Below are positions 20,475 to 32,045 of a DNA stretch of 64,000 bases, one piece after another. The position numbers and the translations under genes are program-made. Positions within the stretch are counted from its first letter, which is position 1. Each line of letters begins with the position of its first letter. This DNA is from Candidatus Cloacimonadales bacterium (lineage in GTDB: Bacteria; Cloacimonadota; Cloacimonadia; Cloacimonadales; JAFGVF01), in assembly GCA_963662585.1 (NCBI GenBank), contig OY759729.1, forward strand, positions 256,001 through 320,000, written 5' to 3'. The notes beneath the pieces are model-generated. The model was not told the origin of the DNA and made no database searches. It saw only the letters and a list, made by a program, of their open reading frames with translations.

Positions 20475-22565
20475 ATGAAAAAGATAATCATATTACTAAT
20501 AATAGCTGTTATTTTTCTTGCAGGTTGTTCTTCTAATAAATTAAGAACTATTGATAAGTTAAAATACCCACCTTTAAACGAAATTAAAGTTCCAAATGTG
20601 GTAACCCATACTTTAAGTAATGGAATGCAAGTTTATTTCTTAGTAGATAATATATTACCTATAGTCAGAGTTGAAGCTCAAGCCCATTGTGGATCTGTTA
20701 CAGACCCGATTGATAAAATAGGTTTAGCTTCATTAGCTAGTGAAAGTATTTCTTTAAGCTCAAAAGAATACTCTGCTGATGAATTAAAAGAGATTTTAAA
20801 CAATAATGCTTTATCACTTAGCAGTAGTGCAAGTTCTAGACACTCTTCTGTTGCAATCAATTACTTAACTGAAGATAATGACTTAGCCTTAAATATCTTT
20901 GCTGATATTTTACAAAATCCTACTTTTGATGAAGAAGAGTTTGAAACACAAAAGACAAGAACAGTATCAGGTATCTATCGTAGAAACGATGAAGCTTCTT
21001 CAATAGCATTCAGAGAATTCCAAAAAATAATTTTTGGTAAAGATTATCCATTGAACTATCAAGAAGAAATCTACACTGTTAATAGTATTACTAGAGAAGA
21101 TGTTCAAAAATTCTATTCAGAGAATTTCTATCCAAAAAATATTAAACTTACTATTCATGGTGATTTTGATATAGACGAGATGAAACAACTTTTAGAGTAC
21201 CACTTTGCGACCTGGCATTCACCTTTAGATTATAGAAAAATATCTATCCCTGAAGCAAAAACTGATAGTGATACCAATGTATTTGTTGTTGATAAGCAAG
21301 ATGCTTCTCAAACATGGGTTCTTATTGGACATAGATCTAATCTCCTTCTTAATGATGATGATTACGCTCCTATGGTTCTCCTGAATGAGATTCTTGGTGG
21401 TGGCTTTAATAGCCGTGTTTATAAATCTGTCAGAGTTGAAAAGGGTTATTCCTACTCACCTGCGGCCTTCTTATCAGTATCTTTCGCTACTCCAGGTGCT
21501 CTTTACTTACTTGCCCCAACAGCTACGGAGCACACTCTTAAAGCTGCTCAAGCGCTTGTGGAAGAAGTAAGAATCATCACTAAGGATAAAGTAACTCAAG
21601 AAGAATTAGATTTTGCTAAAGACTCTTATTTTAACTCTTATGTTTTCAAATATGAAAAACCAGAATATACTCTATATTCTATCAAGAATTATGATTATTA
21701 CGGCTATGATAGAAACTTTTCTAACATATTAAAAAAGAAAATAGAAAAAGTTACTGTTGATGACATTTATCGTGTAGCTCAAAAATATCTCAAACCTGAC
21801 GAATTAATCTATCTATTTGTTGGAAATAAAGATGAGTTTATTGATGATGTTACTCCGCTTGGTAAAGTTGAAGTTTTAGATGTTTCAATAAAAGAGACTA
21901 GAGAAGGTGAAGTTCTTGATTATGCAAAAGGTAAAGAAGTTTTCTTCAAATTTTTAAATACAGTTAAAAGTAAGAAACTTATAAACTCAATATCTACCCT
22001 AAGCACTATCACTTCTTCAACTCCTATGGGAGATTTAAATATGGATAAAACGACTCATATTATTTTCCCAGATAAAATTTCAGATAGCATTAATTCTCCT
22101 ATGGGAAACATCTCAACTATTATTAACAATGGTAAAGGTGTCCAAGTAGTTCCTGGAAGAAATATGCCTCTTGAAGATACTCAGTTAACAGCAATAATCG
22201 ATCAGATTCAATTCTCATATTTTGGTTGGTTAAATGATCCATCAAAACTTAGTATTGGTTATCTTCAAGATGAAATTATTGATGATAAAGAGTATCAAGT
22301 GGTAAAGATAGAATATAAAGATTCTAGTATGAAACTCTGGTTTAACAAAGCAACTCATTTACCTGATTTCTCTATCGAGAATATGGAATCTCCTCAAGGA
22401 ATGCTACAGGTAAAAAGTAGTTTTTCAAATTATGAATTACAAGAATCAGTGCTTTGTCCGATGAAAATTGAAATCAACTTAGTTGATGGTACACCAATCA
22501 ATACAACTATCTATAAATCAATCAAATTTAATGCTGAAATTTCAGAAGATAATTTTGATTTCTAA
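20475..22565 (+). CDS. M16 family peptidase non-catalytic subunit, lipoprotein with extra C-terminal domain
   Basis: Lipobox LAGC; ILGGGFNSRVY..VR..KGYSY motif; no HxxEH; about 220-aa beta-rich extension. Confidence 0.82.
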   Translation: MKKIIILLIIAVIFLAGCSSNKLRTIDKLKYPPLNEIKVPNVVTHTLSNGMQVYFLVDNILPIVRVEAQAHCGSVTDPIDKIGLASLASESISLSSKEYSADELKEILNNNALSLSSSASSRHSSVAINYLTEDNDLALNIFADILQNPTFDEEEFETQKTRTVSGIYRRNDEASSIAFREFQKIIFGKDYPLNYQEEIYTVNSITREDVQKFYSENFYPKNIKLTIHGDFDIDEMKQLLEYHFATWHSPLDYRKISIPEAKTDSDTNVFVVDKQDASQTWVLIGHRSNLLLNDDDYAPMVLLNEILGGGFNSRVYKSVRVEKGYSYSPAAFLSVSFATPGALYLLAPTATEHTLKAAQALVEEVRIITKDKVTQEELDFAKDSYFNSYVFKYEKPEYTLYSIKNYDYYGYDRNFSNILKKKIEKVTVDDIYRVAQKYLKPDELIYLFVGNKDEFIDDVTPLGKVEVLDVSIKETREGEVLDYAKGKEVFFKFLNTVKSKKLINSISTLSTITSSTPMGDLNMDKTTHIIFPDKISDSINSPMGNISTIINNGKGVQVVPGRNMPLEDTQLTAIIDQIQFSYFGWLNDPSKLSIGYLQDEIIDDKEYQVVKIEYKDSSMKLWFNKATHLPDFSIENMESPQGMLQVKSSFSNYELQESVLCPMKIEINLVDGTPINTTIYKSIKFNAEISEDNFDF

Positions 22566-22583
22566 TTGATAAAAATATAACTT

Positions 22584-22614
22584 AAAAGAGAAGCTATCTA
22601 GCTTCTCTTTTTTT
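22584..22614. terminator. Bidirectional intrinsic terminator between convergent genes
   Basis: AAAAGAGAAGCTA-tc-TAGCTTCTCTTTTTTT. Confidence 0.8.
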
Positions 22615-22650
22615 AGTTCTATAATCTACTAGCTATAAACAAATCATATT

Positions 22651-23211
22651 TTATTCTACTATAATTATTATTATCTGTGATTCCTCTAAGCCCTGCAGTT
22701 GCATTGTCTCTTGATAATCATCAAAAATTAATAATTCACTTGGATTGATTTCTTGCTTCCCGTTTTTATCTATTAACTTACCACTGATTAAATAAAGTCC
22801 AACTAAACTTGTATTTTTAGTAAATTCTAAGGAAAATTCCTTATTTAATGGTATATTTTTATATTTTAATTCACCCTTTAACGATTTTGATGTCATAAGA
22901 TTAAAATCTACAACTTTACCTTTTGCTGAAGTATCCCAAGCTCCCTCGAAATAATCACAATCATATTGGGAGAGTATCTTAGAATATTTATCTTGGTGAT
23001 TAATCTCTAATTCTCCACTAATAATCATTAAAACTCGATTATAATCTGGGAGTTTAGTAAAAATAGACTCTTCGACATCTACTGTTGCAGAGCTAATTCT
23101 TATCTTAAAATCTCTCTCTTGATATGAGGATTCCGGAGGATAAATAAATAGTTCAGTAGTAGTTCCCCCACTCCACCTACTTAATTTATAATCAGATTTA
23201 TTAATTATCAT
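22651..23211 (-). CDS. HutD/Ves family protein
   Basis: WSGGTTTEL, RISSATV, FT.LP.Y.R, DFNLM. Confidence 0.85.
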   Translation of the reverse strand: MIINKSDYKLSRWSGGTTTELFIYPPESSYQERDFKIRISSATVDVEESIFTKLPDYNRVLMIISGELEINHQDKYSKILSQYDCDYFEGAWDTSAKGKVVDFNLMTSKSLKGELKYKNIPLNKEFSLEFTKNTSLVGLYLISGKLIDKNGKQEINPSELLIFDDYQETMQLQGLEESQIIIIIVE

Positions 23212-23881
23212 TTTTGTAAGGAATTGGGTCGGTTAGACCTGCTTCTTGAAAAGCTTTTAGTCTTAGGTAACAAGAATCACAGCTACCACAAGCAAGTTCA
23301 TTATCACGATAACAGCTCCAGGAAAACTCAAATGGAGTATTTAGTTCTTTTCCAATACTTACTATTTGGCCTTTAGTTTTATGAATGATAGGAGTTTTTA
23401 TCACTATCTTGGTTTCATCTTTTGTTCCTAAATCTATAGCCTTATTTAGGGCTTGATAAAAAGATTCACGACAATCAGGATAACCAGAGCTATCTTCTTC
23501 AACAGCTCCTATATAGATGCTTTGAGCTCCTATTACTTCAGCCCAAGAAGTTGCGATTACTATTAAATTACCGTTTCTAAAAGGAACATAAGTATCCGGA
23601 ACTTGGTTAGCATTAGTGATATCATGGTCTTTAATTTCCTTAGCTGGGTCAATTAAGCTTGTACCACCAATCTTTTCCAGATAACTAAGATCTACATTGA
23701 GAATATCTTTTGGATGATAAAATTGCACTAAATTATCAAAACATTCTTGTTCCTTTAATTCTGTCTTTTGACCATAATTTGCATGTAAAAAATAGAGTTC
23801 ATCGTTTTCTTTATCGGCAATTGCTGCTGTTACCAGACTATCCATACCACCACTTAACAATATTACTGCTTTTTTTATCAT
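23201..23881 (-). CDS. queC: 7-cyano-7-deazaguanine synthase
   Basis: LLSGGMDS, TYVPFRN, GYPDCR, WSCY...CG.CDSC; start set to MIKK. Confidence 0.95.
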   Translation of the reverse strand: MIKKAVILLSGGMDSLVTAAIADKENDELYFLHANYGQKTELKEQECFDNLVQFYHPKDILNVDLSYLEKIGGTSLIDPAKEIKDHDITNANQVPDTYVPFRNGNLIVIATSWAEVIGAQSIYIGAVEEDSSGYPDCRESFYQALNKAIDLGTKDETKIVIKTPIIHKTKGQIVSIGKELNTPFEFSWSCYRDNELACGSCDSCYLRLKAFQEAGLTDPIPYKNDN

Positions 23882-24813
23882 TTGAACCAATCCTCATAAG
23901 TTACATCTGTTTCAATCTGTTTTTCTATATTATCATCTAAATTGGGGAAGAAATCTATTTTAGTTCTTTCTTCGACCATATCTATAGAGCAAGCATAGTA
24001 TTTCAATTCTCCATTGTTTTCACCATTAGAAAAGATAAAACCTACACCTTTAATCTCATCACCTGTTAAGTCAGCAACAACTTTATAGAAGTAATTGGGT
24101 ACAGCTACATTGCTCTGCCCTATCTTCTTTTTAACTCCATCAGCGAGAATTGGTCCGGTAACTACAAATACTTTTTCATTTTCCACAGCCCATTTCCTTA
24201 CTTCTTCTTCCAATTCAGCCCAAATCTTCCTATTTAAATCAGGATCCTGAGGTGACATATTACTCATATAGAAGCTTTCTTCCATTGCCTCTTGAGACCA
24301 GCGATTATCTGCTGCAGGACATAAATGACCTCGGTCATAACCACTTTTGTAATAATCCGTAGGTAAGGCAGAAGTTATTGCAGGAGTAGGATCTTTAATA
24401 AACTTATCTTTTCTAGGAACATTTTTATTCAAAACTTCTTCTTTAGTTAATTCGTAAAAAACCCAATCTGCTTGCTCATAATCTTCATTATAATCTAAAC
24501 TATAAGCTAAATGTTCAACAATACCACCATTGCTTAAATCAGATGAAGGATAATAGAATTCAAGGGTCTTACTATCCAAGTTCTCAGTTTGAGCAATACT
24601 GCCTGGTTTTCCTTCTTTGATTTGGTTAATTAAATCATCTTTATCACTGCGATTAAAATAGAAAAAGATAAGGACAGCTATAATTATAATTACTAATGTT
24701 GAGTAACTTAATCTTTTGCTAGATTGTTGTTTGTTACTCTTCTTATTTGTTTTTTTCTTAGCAGGAGTCTTCTTTTTTGGAGAAGATTTGCTTGTAGTTT
24801 TTTTTGTAGCCAT
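23878..24813 (-). CDS. DNA/RNA non-specific endonuclease (NucA/EndoG type), membrane-anchored
   Basis: YDRGHLCPAAD, NMSPQ..LNRKIW..LE; Lys-rich N-terminus followed by a TM helix. Confidence 0.9.
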   Translation of the reverse strand: MATKKTTSKSSPKKKTPAKKKTNKKSNKQQSSKRLSYSTLVIIIIAVLIFFYFNRSDKDDLINQIKEGKPGSIAQTENLDSKTLEFYYPSSDLSNGGIVEHLAYSLDYNEDYEQADWVFYELTKEEVLNKNVPRKDKFIKDPTPAITSALPTDYYKSGYDRGHLCPAADNRWSQEAMEESFYMSNMSPQDPDLNRKIWAELEEEVRKWAVENEKVFVVTGPILADGVKKKIGQSNVAVPNYFYKVVADLTGDEIKGVGFIFSNGENNGELKYYACSIDMVEERTKIDFFPNLDDNIEKQIETDVTYEDWFK

Positions 24814-24824
24814 AAGCTCCTCAT

Positions 24825-26093
24825 TTAATCAAAATAATAAACTGCTTCAATTGGATTCACTTTAGAAGCTTTATAAGCTGGATAGATACCAGATAATATG
24901 CCAATCAAAATGGCAAATCCTAAACCTACTAACACACCTTTAAAGGGTAAATCTAAAGGTACATTCATTGCATTAGAAATTAGTACAACTATTAACTTGG
25001 CTATTGAAATACCTATAGTAGCGCCTATAAGGGTAAGAATAATAGCTTCTGATAACAATAAAGAAAATATATCAAAGTCAGAAGCACCGATACTTTTCCT
25101 AATTCCGATTTCATTCATTCTCTCACTAATAGAGATTAAAAGGGTACTGAATAAACCAATACCTCCTACAAAGAGAGATACAGATGCAATTGCCATGAGG
25201 ATAGTATTCCATTTCCCCAACATTTCATTTAATTGTTGAGTGAATTTTAATATTTCTTCTGGTTCTTCCACGAAATCAAAAGATTCTGTCATATTATGAT
25301 TGATTAACAGAAGTTGTCTTGCTTTATTTCTGTTAAAGATGAATTGATCAGCATTTTCAGATTGAACATATATTTCTTCCACTGCTTGATTAGATGAATA
25401 ATACTTAACTCCAGTTGCAAGAGGAATAAAGATGGATTTTAAATCCCAGCGTCTCTCCCATTGATTAAAGTCAAATTCACTTTTTTCACCTGGTTTTTCC
25501 CCGACTATCCCAATTATGGTATATCGATAATCACCAAGTGTCAGTTTTTTGCCAATGATATTAGGATCTGAGTTCATATTATCTTCCCAAAAACCATTAC
25601 CAACTAAACAGACACTTGCTTCTCTTCTTTCATCTAAATTATTGAAGTTTCTACCCTTTAGTATAAAATACTTTTTAAAATTAAAATAATCAACATTAGT
25701 CGCTTTAATCCTAGTCCACCGTGAAATTTTGCTATGCCTGTCATAAGAAGAACTAGAAACCATAGCATAGATAAATTTCGCATCTAATTTTTCTTTCAAC
25801 GAGTAGAAATCATTGATATTTATAGGTTTAGCCTCTCGTTTTTCTTGCCGTCTTACCCACCAACGATTATGGTCATCACTGTTATTATCAGTTTTAGTGG
25901 TTACTGTAAATGAGTTATCCCAACCCATGTTACCTACACTCGTGTTGATTGCAGCTTTTACACCATCCACAGCCGAGAAAATAGAAACAACAGCTAACAC
26001 TCCGATAATCAAGCCCAACAATGTTAAAAGTGTTCTTATTTTATGGGATAAGATAATTGTTAGGCTACTCCGGATATTATTGGAAAGAAGCAT
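24825..26093 (-). CDS. ABC transporter permease, MacB-like
   Basis: RTLLTLLGLIIGV, VGGIG, ER..EIGIRKSIGA, YPAYKAS..NPIEA; probable start overlaps the topA stop. Confidence 0.85.
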   Translation of the reverse strand: MLLSNNIRSSLTIILSHKIRTLLTLLGLIIGVLAVVSIFSAVDGVKAAINTSVGNMGWDNSFTVTTKTDNNSDDHNRWWVRRQEKREAKPININDFYSLKEKLDAKFIYAMVSSSSYDRHSKISRWTRIKATNVDYFNFKKYFILKGRNFNNLDERREASVCLVGNGFWEDNMNSDPNIIGKKLTLGDYRYTIIGIVGEKPGEKSEFDFNQWERRWDLKSIFIPLATGVKYYSSNQAVEEIYVQSENADQFIFNRNKARQLLLINHNMTESFDFVEEPEEILKFTQQLNEMLGKWNTILMAIASVSLFVGGIGLFSTLLISISERMNEIGIRKSIGASDFDIFSLLLSEAIILTLIGATIGISIAKLIVVLISNAMNVPLDLPFKGVLVGLGFAILIGILSGIYPAYKASKVNPIEAVYYFD

Positions 26094-28312
26094 TAGAAGA
26101 CTTCCTGGCCACACTTAGGGCAAACTAGGTGTTTACCTTTATCTTTAGAATATTTCTCTTCCATATAGTAATTTTGACAATTTGGGCATTCAACTTTAAC
26201 AGGTTTATTCCATGAAGAGAATTTACAATCAGGGTATTTTGTACAACTATAGAAAGTTTTACCTTTTTTCGATCTCTTTTCTGTAATCATTCCAGTTTCA
26301 CAATCAGGACATTTAATACCAAGATCTACTGGTTTAGTAAACTTGCATTTAGGATAATCAGAACAAGCTATAAATTTACCGAAACGGCCATTCTTCACTA
26401 ATAAAGGTTTTCCACATTCAGGACAATTTTCATCTAAATGTTCCTCTTCAATGATTTTAATTTTACCATCTTTGTCTCGTTTGAAATTCTTAATATCTTT
26501 GCATTTAGGATATTCTGAACAACCAAGGAATTCCCCTTGTTTACCTATTCTGATAATGTAATGTCCCTCACCACACTTTTCACAAGGAATATCTGTATGC
26601 TCTAAATAGTTCTCTTTTTCTTTAGTTAAATCAACTTTATCAATCATCTTTTTAAGCTCTTGATAATATTCATCTAAAACTTTTTCAACAATTGTATTTC
26701 CCTCTTCAATATTATCCAACTTCTTCTCCATGTCTGCAGTGAATAAGACATTGAAAGTAGAATCAAAATTAGCAGTTAAGAAAGTATTTACTTTAACACC
26801 TAAATCTGTTGGGTGAAGATATTTCTCAATTAAAGCAACATATTTTCTGTCAGTAATAGTAGAAATTATTGAAGAATAGGTTGAAGGTCTTCCTATTTCC
26901 TTAGCTTCAAGTTCTTTAATAAGAGAAGCTTCAGAATAACGGGCAGGTGGTTGAGTAAATTTCTGTTCTGAAGAAATATCTCTCTTTTCTAAATCATCAC
27001 CAATTTTATATGCTTTGTCGATTAATTCACCCATTGAGGTTGAAACATAACTATATGCTAAAGAGAATCCTTTGTCAAGAATAGTTGAACCTTTAGTTAA
27101 GAATTCAGCATCTCCTACTTCCACAAATACTTGGACATTCTCTACTTCCATTGGTATCATCTGAGTAGCAACAAATCTTCCCCAGATTAAACTATAAACT
27201 CTAAATTGCTCTGCTGAAAGATATTCTTTGATACTTTCAGGTGTTTTTTGAACATCTGTAGGTCTAATAGCTTCATGGGCATCTTGAGCTTTATTTTTGT
27301 TTATAAAATTACGAACTTCAGGATTAAGCTTCTCAGCCCCAAATCTCTCTATAATAAGAGCTCTACAAGCATCTTGAGCTTCTGTTGATATTCTTAAAGA
27401 GTCAGTTCTCATATAAGTAATTAAACCTGATTGTTCTCCACCAATTGAGATTCCTTCATAAAGTTCTTGAGCAATTTTCATTGTCCTTTTAGGACTGAAT
27501 CCTGAGATTCTAGAAGCATCTTGCTGTAAAGTTGAAGTTATATATGGTGTAGGAGCTTGAACCTTCTTTTTACTCTTTTTTATATCTTTAAGTTCTGCTT
27601 GCGAATTTTTTAAAGCTGCAAGAACTTTATCTGCGTCTTCCTTATTGTCAATTTTAGCTTTTTTACCATTGAGTTTATTTAACTCACCTTTAAAAGGTTG
27701 GTAGTTATCTTTCCAGAAATTTGCATAAATCTTCCAATACTCTTCAGGAATAAAAGCACTAATTTCCTCTTCTTTTTCACAAACAAGTCTAAGTGCTACA
27801 GACTGTACTCTTCCTGCACTCAAATCCTTAGCAATAACTTTCCAGAGAATAGGACTTACTTTATAACCCACAATTCTATCTAATAATCTTCTAGCTTGCT
27901 GAGCATTAACTTTATTCATGTCAATATCACCAGGATTCTTGATAGATTCTACGATAGCATTTTTTGTAATTTCGTTAAAAGTAATTCTATGAATCGGCTT
28001 TCCCTTAATCTCTTTTTTTAAGAGTTCTGTGAGATGCCAAGCAATAGCTTCTCCTTCGCGGTCATGGTCACTTGCCAAATATATCTCAGGAGCATCTTTA
28101 GCACGATCTCTCAACTCTTTAATTATTTTTGTTTTTGTTCTATCACTAACATATTTTGCAGTATAATTATTATCTAAATCAATACCTAATGTTTTTTTAG
28201 GTAAATCCCTGATATGCCCCATTGAGGCTACTATATTAAATTTATTATCTAAGAACTTACTTATAGTTTTTGCTTTTGCTGGAGACTCTACAATTATCAA
28301 ACTTTTAGACAT
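26093..28312 (-). CDS. topA: DNA topoisomerase I
   Basis: IVESPAKAKTI, D.DREGE, SAGRVQ, ITYMRTD, C-terminal zinc ribbons. Confidence 0.97.
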   Translation of the reverse strand: MSKSLIIVESPAKAKTISKFLDNKFNIVASMGHIRDLPKKTLGIDLDNNYTAKYVSDRTKTKIIKELRDRAKDAPEIYLASDHDREGEAIAWHLTELLKKEIKGKPIHRITFNEITKNAIVESIKNPGDIDMNKVNAQQARRLLDRIVGYKVSPILWKVIAKDLSAGRVQSVALRLVCEKEEEISAFIPEEYWKIYANFWKDNYQPFKGELNKLNGKKAKIDNKEDADKVLAALKNSQAELKDIKKSKKKVQAPTPYITSTLQQDASRISGFSPKRTMKIAQELYEGISIGGEQSGLITYMRTDSLRISTEAQDACRALIIERFGAEKLNPEVRNFINKNKAQDAHEAIRPTDVQKTPESIKEYLSAEQFRVYSLIWGRFVATQMIPMEVENVQVFVEVGDAEFLTKGSTILDKGFSLAYSYVSTSMGELIDKAYKIGDDLEKRDISSEQKFTQPPARYSEASLIKELEAKEIGRPSTYSSIISTITDRKYVALIEKYLHPTDLGVKVNTFLTANFDSTFNVLFTADMEKKLDNIEEGNTIVEKVLDEYYQELKKMIDKVDLTKEKENYLEHTDIPCEKCGEGHYIIRIGKQGEFLGCSEYPKCKDIKNFKRDKDGKIKIIEEEHLDENCPECGKPLLVKNGRFGKFIACSDYPKCKFTKPVDLGIKCPDCETGMITEKRSKKGKTFYSCTKYPDCKFSSWNKPVKVECPNCQNYYMEEKYSKDKGKHLVCPKCGQEVF

Positions 28313-28319
28313 ACTTCCC

Positions 28320-28748
28320 CTAATGTTTAATTTTTTGAGTATTCATCTGATACTTACTATCATTAACTAGTGTATCAATAAACTCTTTTATGTTATTTTG
28401 ATTAAAATCTGCGAAATTAATCATGGTAATTATCTTATCCAATTTACTTTTAGTAACCTGCTCTTGAGTAATATAAAACAAATGCAAACATATTTGAATT
28501 ACTTTCTCATAAGTAGTCTCGGTTAATGAGCCAATATTATACATACTTAGCATATAACCATAAGCTTCGACAGAGATTGCCTGTGCCTCGACTATATCTA
28601 AGTTCCGATAATATGGCTTAATCTTATCATCTTGTTTTTCTAAAACATCTATTAAAGCCTCTAATTCTTCATCACTCAAACTCTTCATAAATTCCTGTGA
28701 GTGCTTTCCTGAAAGCTTTTCTTTGATAAAATCTATATTCTTTTTCAT
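28320..28748 (-). CDS. Hypothetical protein, possibly Smg/DUF494-like
   Basis: Immediately upstream of topA, the usual smg position; R.L...E..AI..EAYG.ML.....G.L...YE.VI pattern. Confidence 0.55.
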   Translation of the reverse strand: MKKNIDFIKEKLSGKHSQEFMKSLSDEELEALIDVLEKQDDKIKPYYRNLDIVEAQAISVEAYGYMLSMYNIGSLTETTYEKVIQICLHLFYITQEQVTKSKLDKIITMINFADFNQNNIKEFIDTLVNDSKYQMNTQKIKH

Positions 28749-31700
28749 CTATTCATCATCCATTAAGTTTTTACCACAGCATTTCTTGTATTTCTTTCCA
28801 CTACCACAAGGACATGGATCATTTCTGCCAATCTTATCAGCATTGATAATAGGCTGTACTTTAGTTTGTGGTTGAGGATTATTCATCTTAGGCATCTGTG
28901 GTTTATTTTGTTCTTCTATAGCTGGAGCATTGTTATTAAAGACTTTTACCTCGTTGTGCATTGTCTTTATACGATCTAAAACATCTTTTAAATCAGCTTG
29001 CCCAACCAAAACCCTTGTGAATACTTTTTGAGTAACTTCTTCTTGAATACGATATATCATATCTTCGAAAACATAGAAACTTTCTTTTTTATACTCAATA
29101 AGTGGATCTTTATTTCCATAAGCCCTTAAACTAATACCTTCTTGGAGTAAATCCATTTCTCGAAGATGTTCTCTCCAGTTTGTATCTACTACTTCTAAAA
29201 GGGATCTTCTTTCTAACTCTCTTTGATTCTCAATTCCTACAATCTCTTCTTTCTGATTATAAGCTCTAAAGAGTCTCTCTTCCATAATATTTCTTAATTG
29301 AGCTACATCTAAATCAGGATTCATCACTTTAGTATAATCATTTGATACACCAAGGTTTACTTTAACCCATTTGCATACTTCTTCAACTTCATGTTCTTCT
29401 ACAAAAGTCTTACTTTCAACAATTCTATCAATAACACTGTTGAGAGTATCAGTAATCATATTTAATATTTCATTCTTTAAATCATAACCCTTAAGAACAT
29501 TATTTCTATATTGATAAATAATCTCTCTTTGAGCTGTCATCACTTCATCATATTTAATTAATCTCTTTCTAATCTCGAAGTTATGTTCTTCTACTCTTTT
29601 TTGAGCCTTGGACACTGCATTAGTCATCCATGGATGAACTATAGGATCATCTTCTTTAGCACCTAGTTTCATCATCATAGGAGCAATTCTTTCCGAGCCA
29701 AAAAGACGCATTAAATCATCTTCTAAAGACAAGTAGAATCTAGAAGTACCTGGGTCACCTTGACGACCTGCTCTACCTCTTAACTGTCTATCAATTCTTC
29801 TACTTTCATGTCTTTCAGAACCAATCACATGAAGTCCGTCAATCGGTCCACCATAAGGTAATTCCTTGCTAACAGCATTATTAGCATTTAGATAATCATC
29901 ATGCCCTTGGGTAATTACGCCTTCAGTAAGTTTAATATCAGTACCTCTACCAGCCATGTTTGTAGCAATAGTTACAGCTCCTGCTCCACCAGCACCTGCG
30001 ATAATCTCCGCTTCCTTTTCATGATTCTTAGCATTTAAGATATTATGAGGAATCTTATTCAATCTTAACATTCTACTGAGTGTTTCAGAAACTTCCACAC
30101 TTGTAGTACCTACTAAAACAGGTTTCTGCTTTTCGTGCCAATAGATAATTTCTCTTATGATAGCCTTGTACTTTTCATTTTTAGTTAGATAAATAAAGTC
30201 ATCATGATCTATTCTAGTTATTGGGACATTAGTTGGTATCTCCACAACAGGAAGATTATATATTTCCAAGAACTCATTCTCTTCAGTTATAGCTGTACCT
30301 GTCATACCTGCCAATTTATCAAACATCCTAAAATAGTTCTGTAAAGTGATAGTAGCTAAAGTTTGAGAAGCTTTTTGAATTTTTACTCTTTCTTTCGCCT
30401 CTAAAGCTTGATGAAGTCCATCACTGAATCTTCTTCCAGGCATGAGACGGCCAGTAAATTCATCTACTATCTGAACTTGATTATCCATCACAACATACTC
30501 TTTTTCTTTTTCAAAAAGTGAATAAGCTTTTAATAATTGCTTAATATCATGTTGCTTTTCACTCTTATCCATAAATTCTCGAGTAACTCTCTCTTTATGT
30601 TTCAATATCTCTTCAGCACTTAAAGTATCATCATTCTCTACCGCTTCTAAGAGTTCATCTAAAGTAGATGCAATAAATAAATCTTGTTCATAATCATTAA
30701 TTACTTCTTGTCCTAACTCACTAAGCTCTACTGTGTTAGCTTTCTCATCTATACTAAAGTATAACTCTGCATTAAGTTCATGCATTTTTTTATCTCTAAG
30801 AAATACACCTTCCATATCATTACATAATTTTTTGAGGTCACCCTCTTTCATGTATTTTGCAAAAGCCTTATTTTTAGGAGATGCTAACTTCATTAAAAGC
30901 AGTAATCTACCAATTTTATTAGAATCAGAATTAGGGTCATCAAGAAGGTTTTTTACTTTGGAACTTAACTCTCTGACCAAATTATTTTGGAGAGTAACAA
31001 GTTTTTCGATATGAGGACGCAATTCTTGGTAAAAGTTCTTGTCATCATCAACAGAACCGGAAATAATCAAAGGGGTTCTAGCTTCATCTACAAGAATACT
31101 ATCGACTTCATCGACTATCGCATAATAGAAATCTCTTTGCACAAGTTGTTCTGAATGTACAGCCATGTTATCTCTGAGATAATCAAATCCAAATTCACTA
31201 TTCATACCATAAGTGACATCATAACGATATATTTTTTTCTTATCTTCAAAAGACATACCATTAACGATACAGCCAACTTTCATTCCGTGGAATTCAAATA
31301 TAGGACTCATCCACTCAGCATCACGCTGGGCCAAGTATTCATTCACCGTAACTAAGTGAGCACCTTTTCCAATTAAAGCATTTAAAAATAGAGGCAAGGT
31401 AGCAACTAGTGTTTTACCTTCACCTGTAGCCATCTCAGCTATGTTACCACGATGTAAGATTATACCACCTATCATTTGAACATCATAAGGAACCATATTC
31501 CAAGTTGCAGGATTTCCCCGAACTAAATACTCATGCCCCATGAGTCTACGACAAGTATCCTTGATAATAGCGAAGACTTCAACTAAAATATCATCTAGTA
31601 AATCTTGAGTTTTTTGCTTAAGATCTTTTTTAATTACATCTAATTCATTGCTCAATCTATCTTTTTTTACTTCATTTATTTCAGTAATATACTCTTTCTT

Positions 31701-31904
31701 AAGCTGTTCTAAATTTTCAAATTCAGGTTCAAGTTGAGCTTTTAAACTGCTTTTAATTTCAGTTATTCGAGCTCGTAACTCATCATCAGACAGCCCTTCT
31801 AGTGTTGCATATCTATCATTAATTTCATTGATTATTGGGTATATTGTCTTTAAGAATTTCTCGTGTTTATCACCAAAAAGTTTCTTTAATAATTTTTCAA
31901 ACAT
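28749..31904 (-). CDS. secA: Preprotein translocase subunit SecA
   Basis: [50 protein letters not shown] motif [19 protein letters not shown]. Confidence 0.98.
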   Translation of the reverse strand: MFEKLLKKLFGDKHEKFLKTIYPIINEINDRYATLEGLSDDELRARITEIKSSLKAQLEPEFENLEQLKKEYITEINEVKKDRLSNELDVIKKDLKQKTQDLLDDILVEVFAIIKDTCRRLMGHEYLVRGNPATWNMVPYDVQMIGGIILHRGNIAEMATGEGKTLVATLPLFLNALIGKGAHLVTVNEYLAQRDAEWMSPIFEFHGMKVGCIVNGMSFEDKKKIYRYDVTYGMNSEFGFDYLRDNMAVHSEQLVQRDFYYAIVDEVDSILVDEARTPLIISGSVDDDKNFYQELRPHIEKLVTLQNNLVRELSSKVKNLLDDPNSDSNKIGRLLLLMKLASPKNKAFAKYMKEGDLKKLCNDMEGVFLRDKKMHELNAELYFSIDEKANTVELSELGQEVINDYEQDLFIASTLDELLEAVENDDTLSAEEILKHKERVTREFMDKSEKQHDIKQLLKAYSLFEKEKEYVVMDNQVQIVDEFTGRLMPGRRFSDGLHQALEAKERVKIQKASQTLATITLQNYFRMFDKLAGMTGTAITEENEFLEIYNLPVVEIPTNVPITRIDHDDFIYLTKNEKYKAIIREIIYWHEKQKPVLVGTTSVEVSETLSRMLRLNKIPHNILNAKNHEKEAEIIAGAGGAGAVTIATNMAGRGTDIKLTEGVITQGHDDYLNANNAVSKELPYGGPIDGLHVIGSERHESRRIDRQLRGRAGRQGDPGTSRFYLSLEDDLMRLFGSERIAPMMMKLGAKEDDPIVHPWMTNAVSKAQKRVEEHNFEIRKRLIKYDEVMTAQREIIYQYRNNVLKGYDLKNEILNMITDTLNSVIDRIVESKTFVEEHEVEEVCKWVKVNLGVSNDYTKVMNPDLDVAQLRNIMEERLFRAYNQKEEIVGIENQRELERRSLLEVVDTNWREHLREMDLLQEGISLRAYGNKDPLIEYKKESFYVFEDMIYRIQEEVTQKVFTRVLVGQADLKDVLDRIKTMHNEVKVFNNNAPAIEEQNKPQMPKMNNPQPQTKVQPIINADKIGRNDPCPCGSGKKYKKCCGKNLMDDE

Positions 31905-32045
31905 ATTTTACACCACTTTTTTTATTTATCTAACCAATTTAACGGATTAGTCCAATTTGTCAAATTAAATATATAATCAGATTGATTGGGATAATTTTTT
32001 GAGAAATTTCATTTCTGATTATACTTTCCTTCAAAGGAGGAAATT

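Noticed and set aside
28749..31904. Unusually long SecA (1051 aa) as an intein or novel insertion
   Set aside because: The extra segments look helical and lack intein splice motifs; long SecA variants are known in several diderm phyla.
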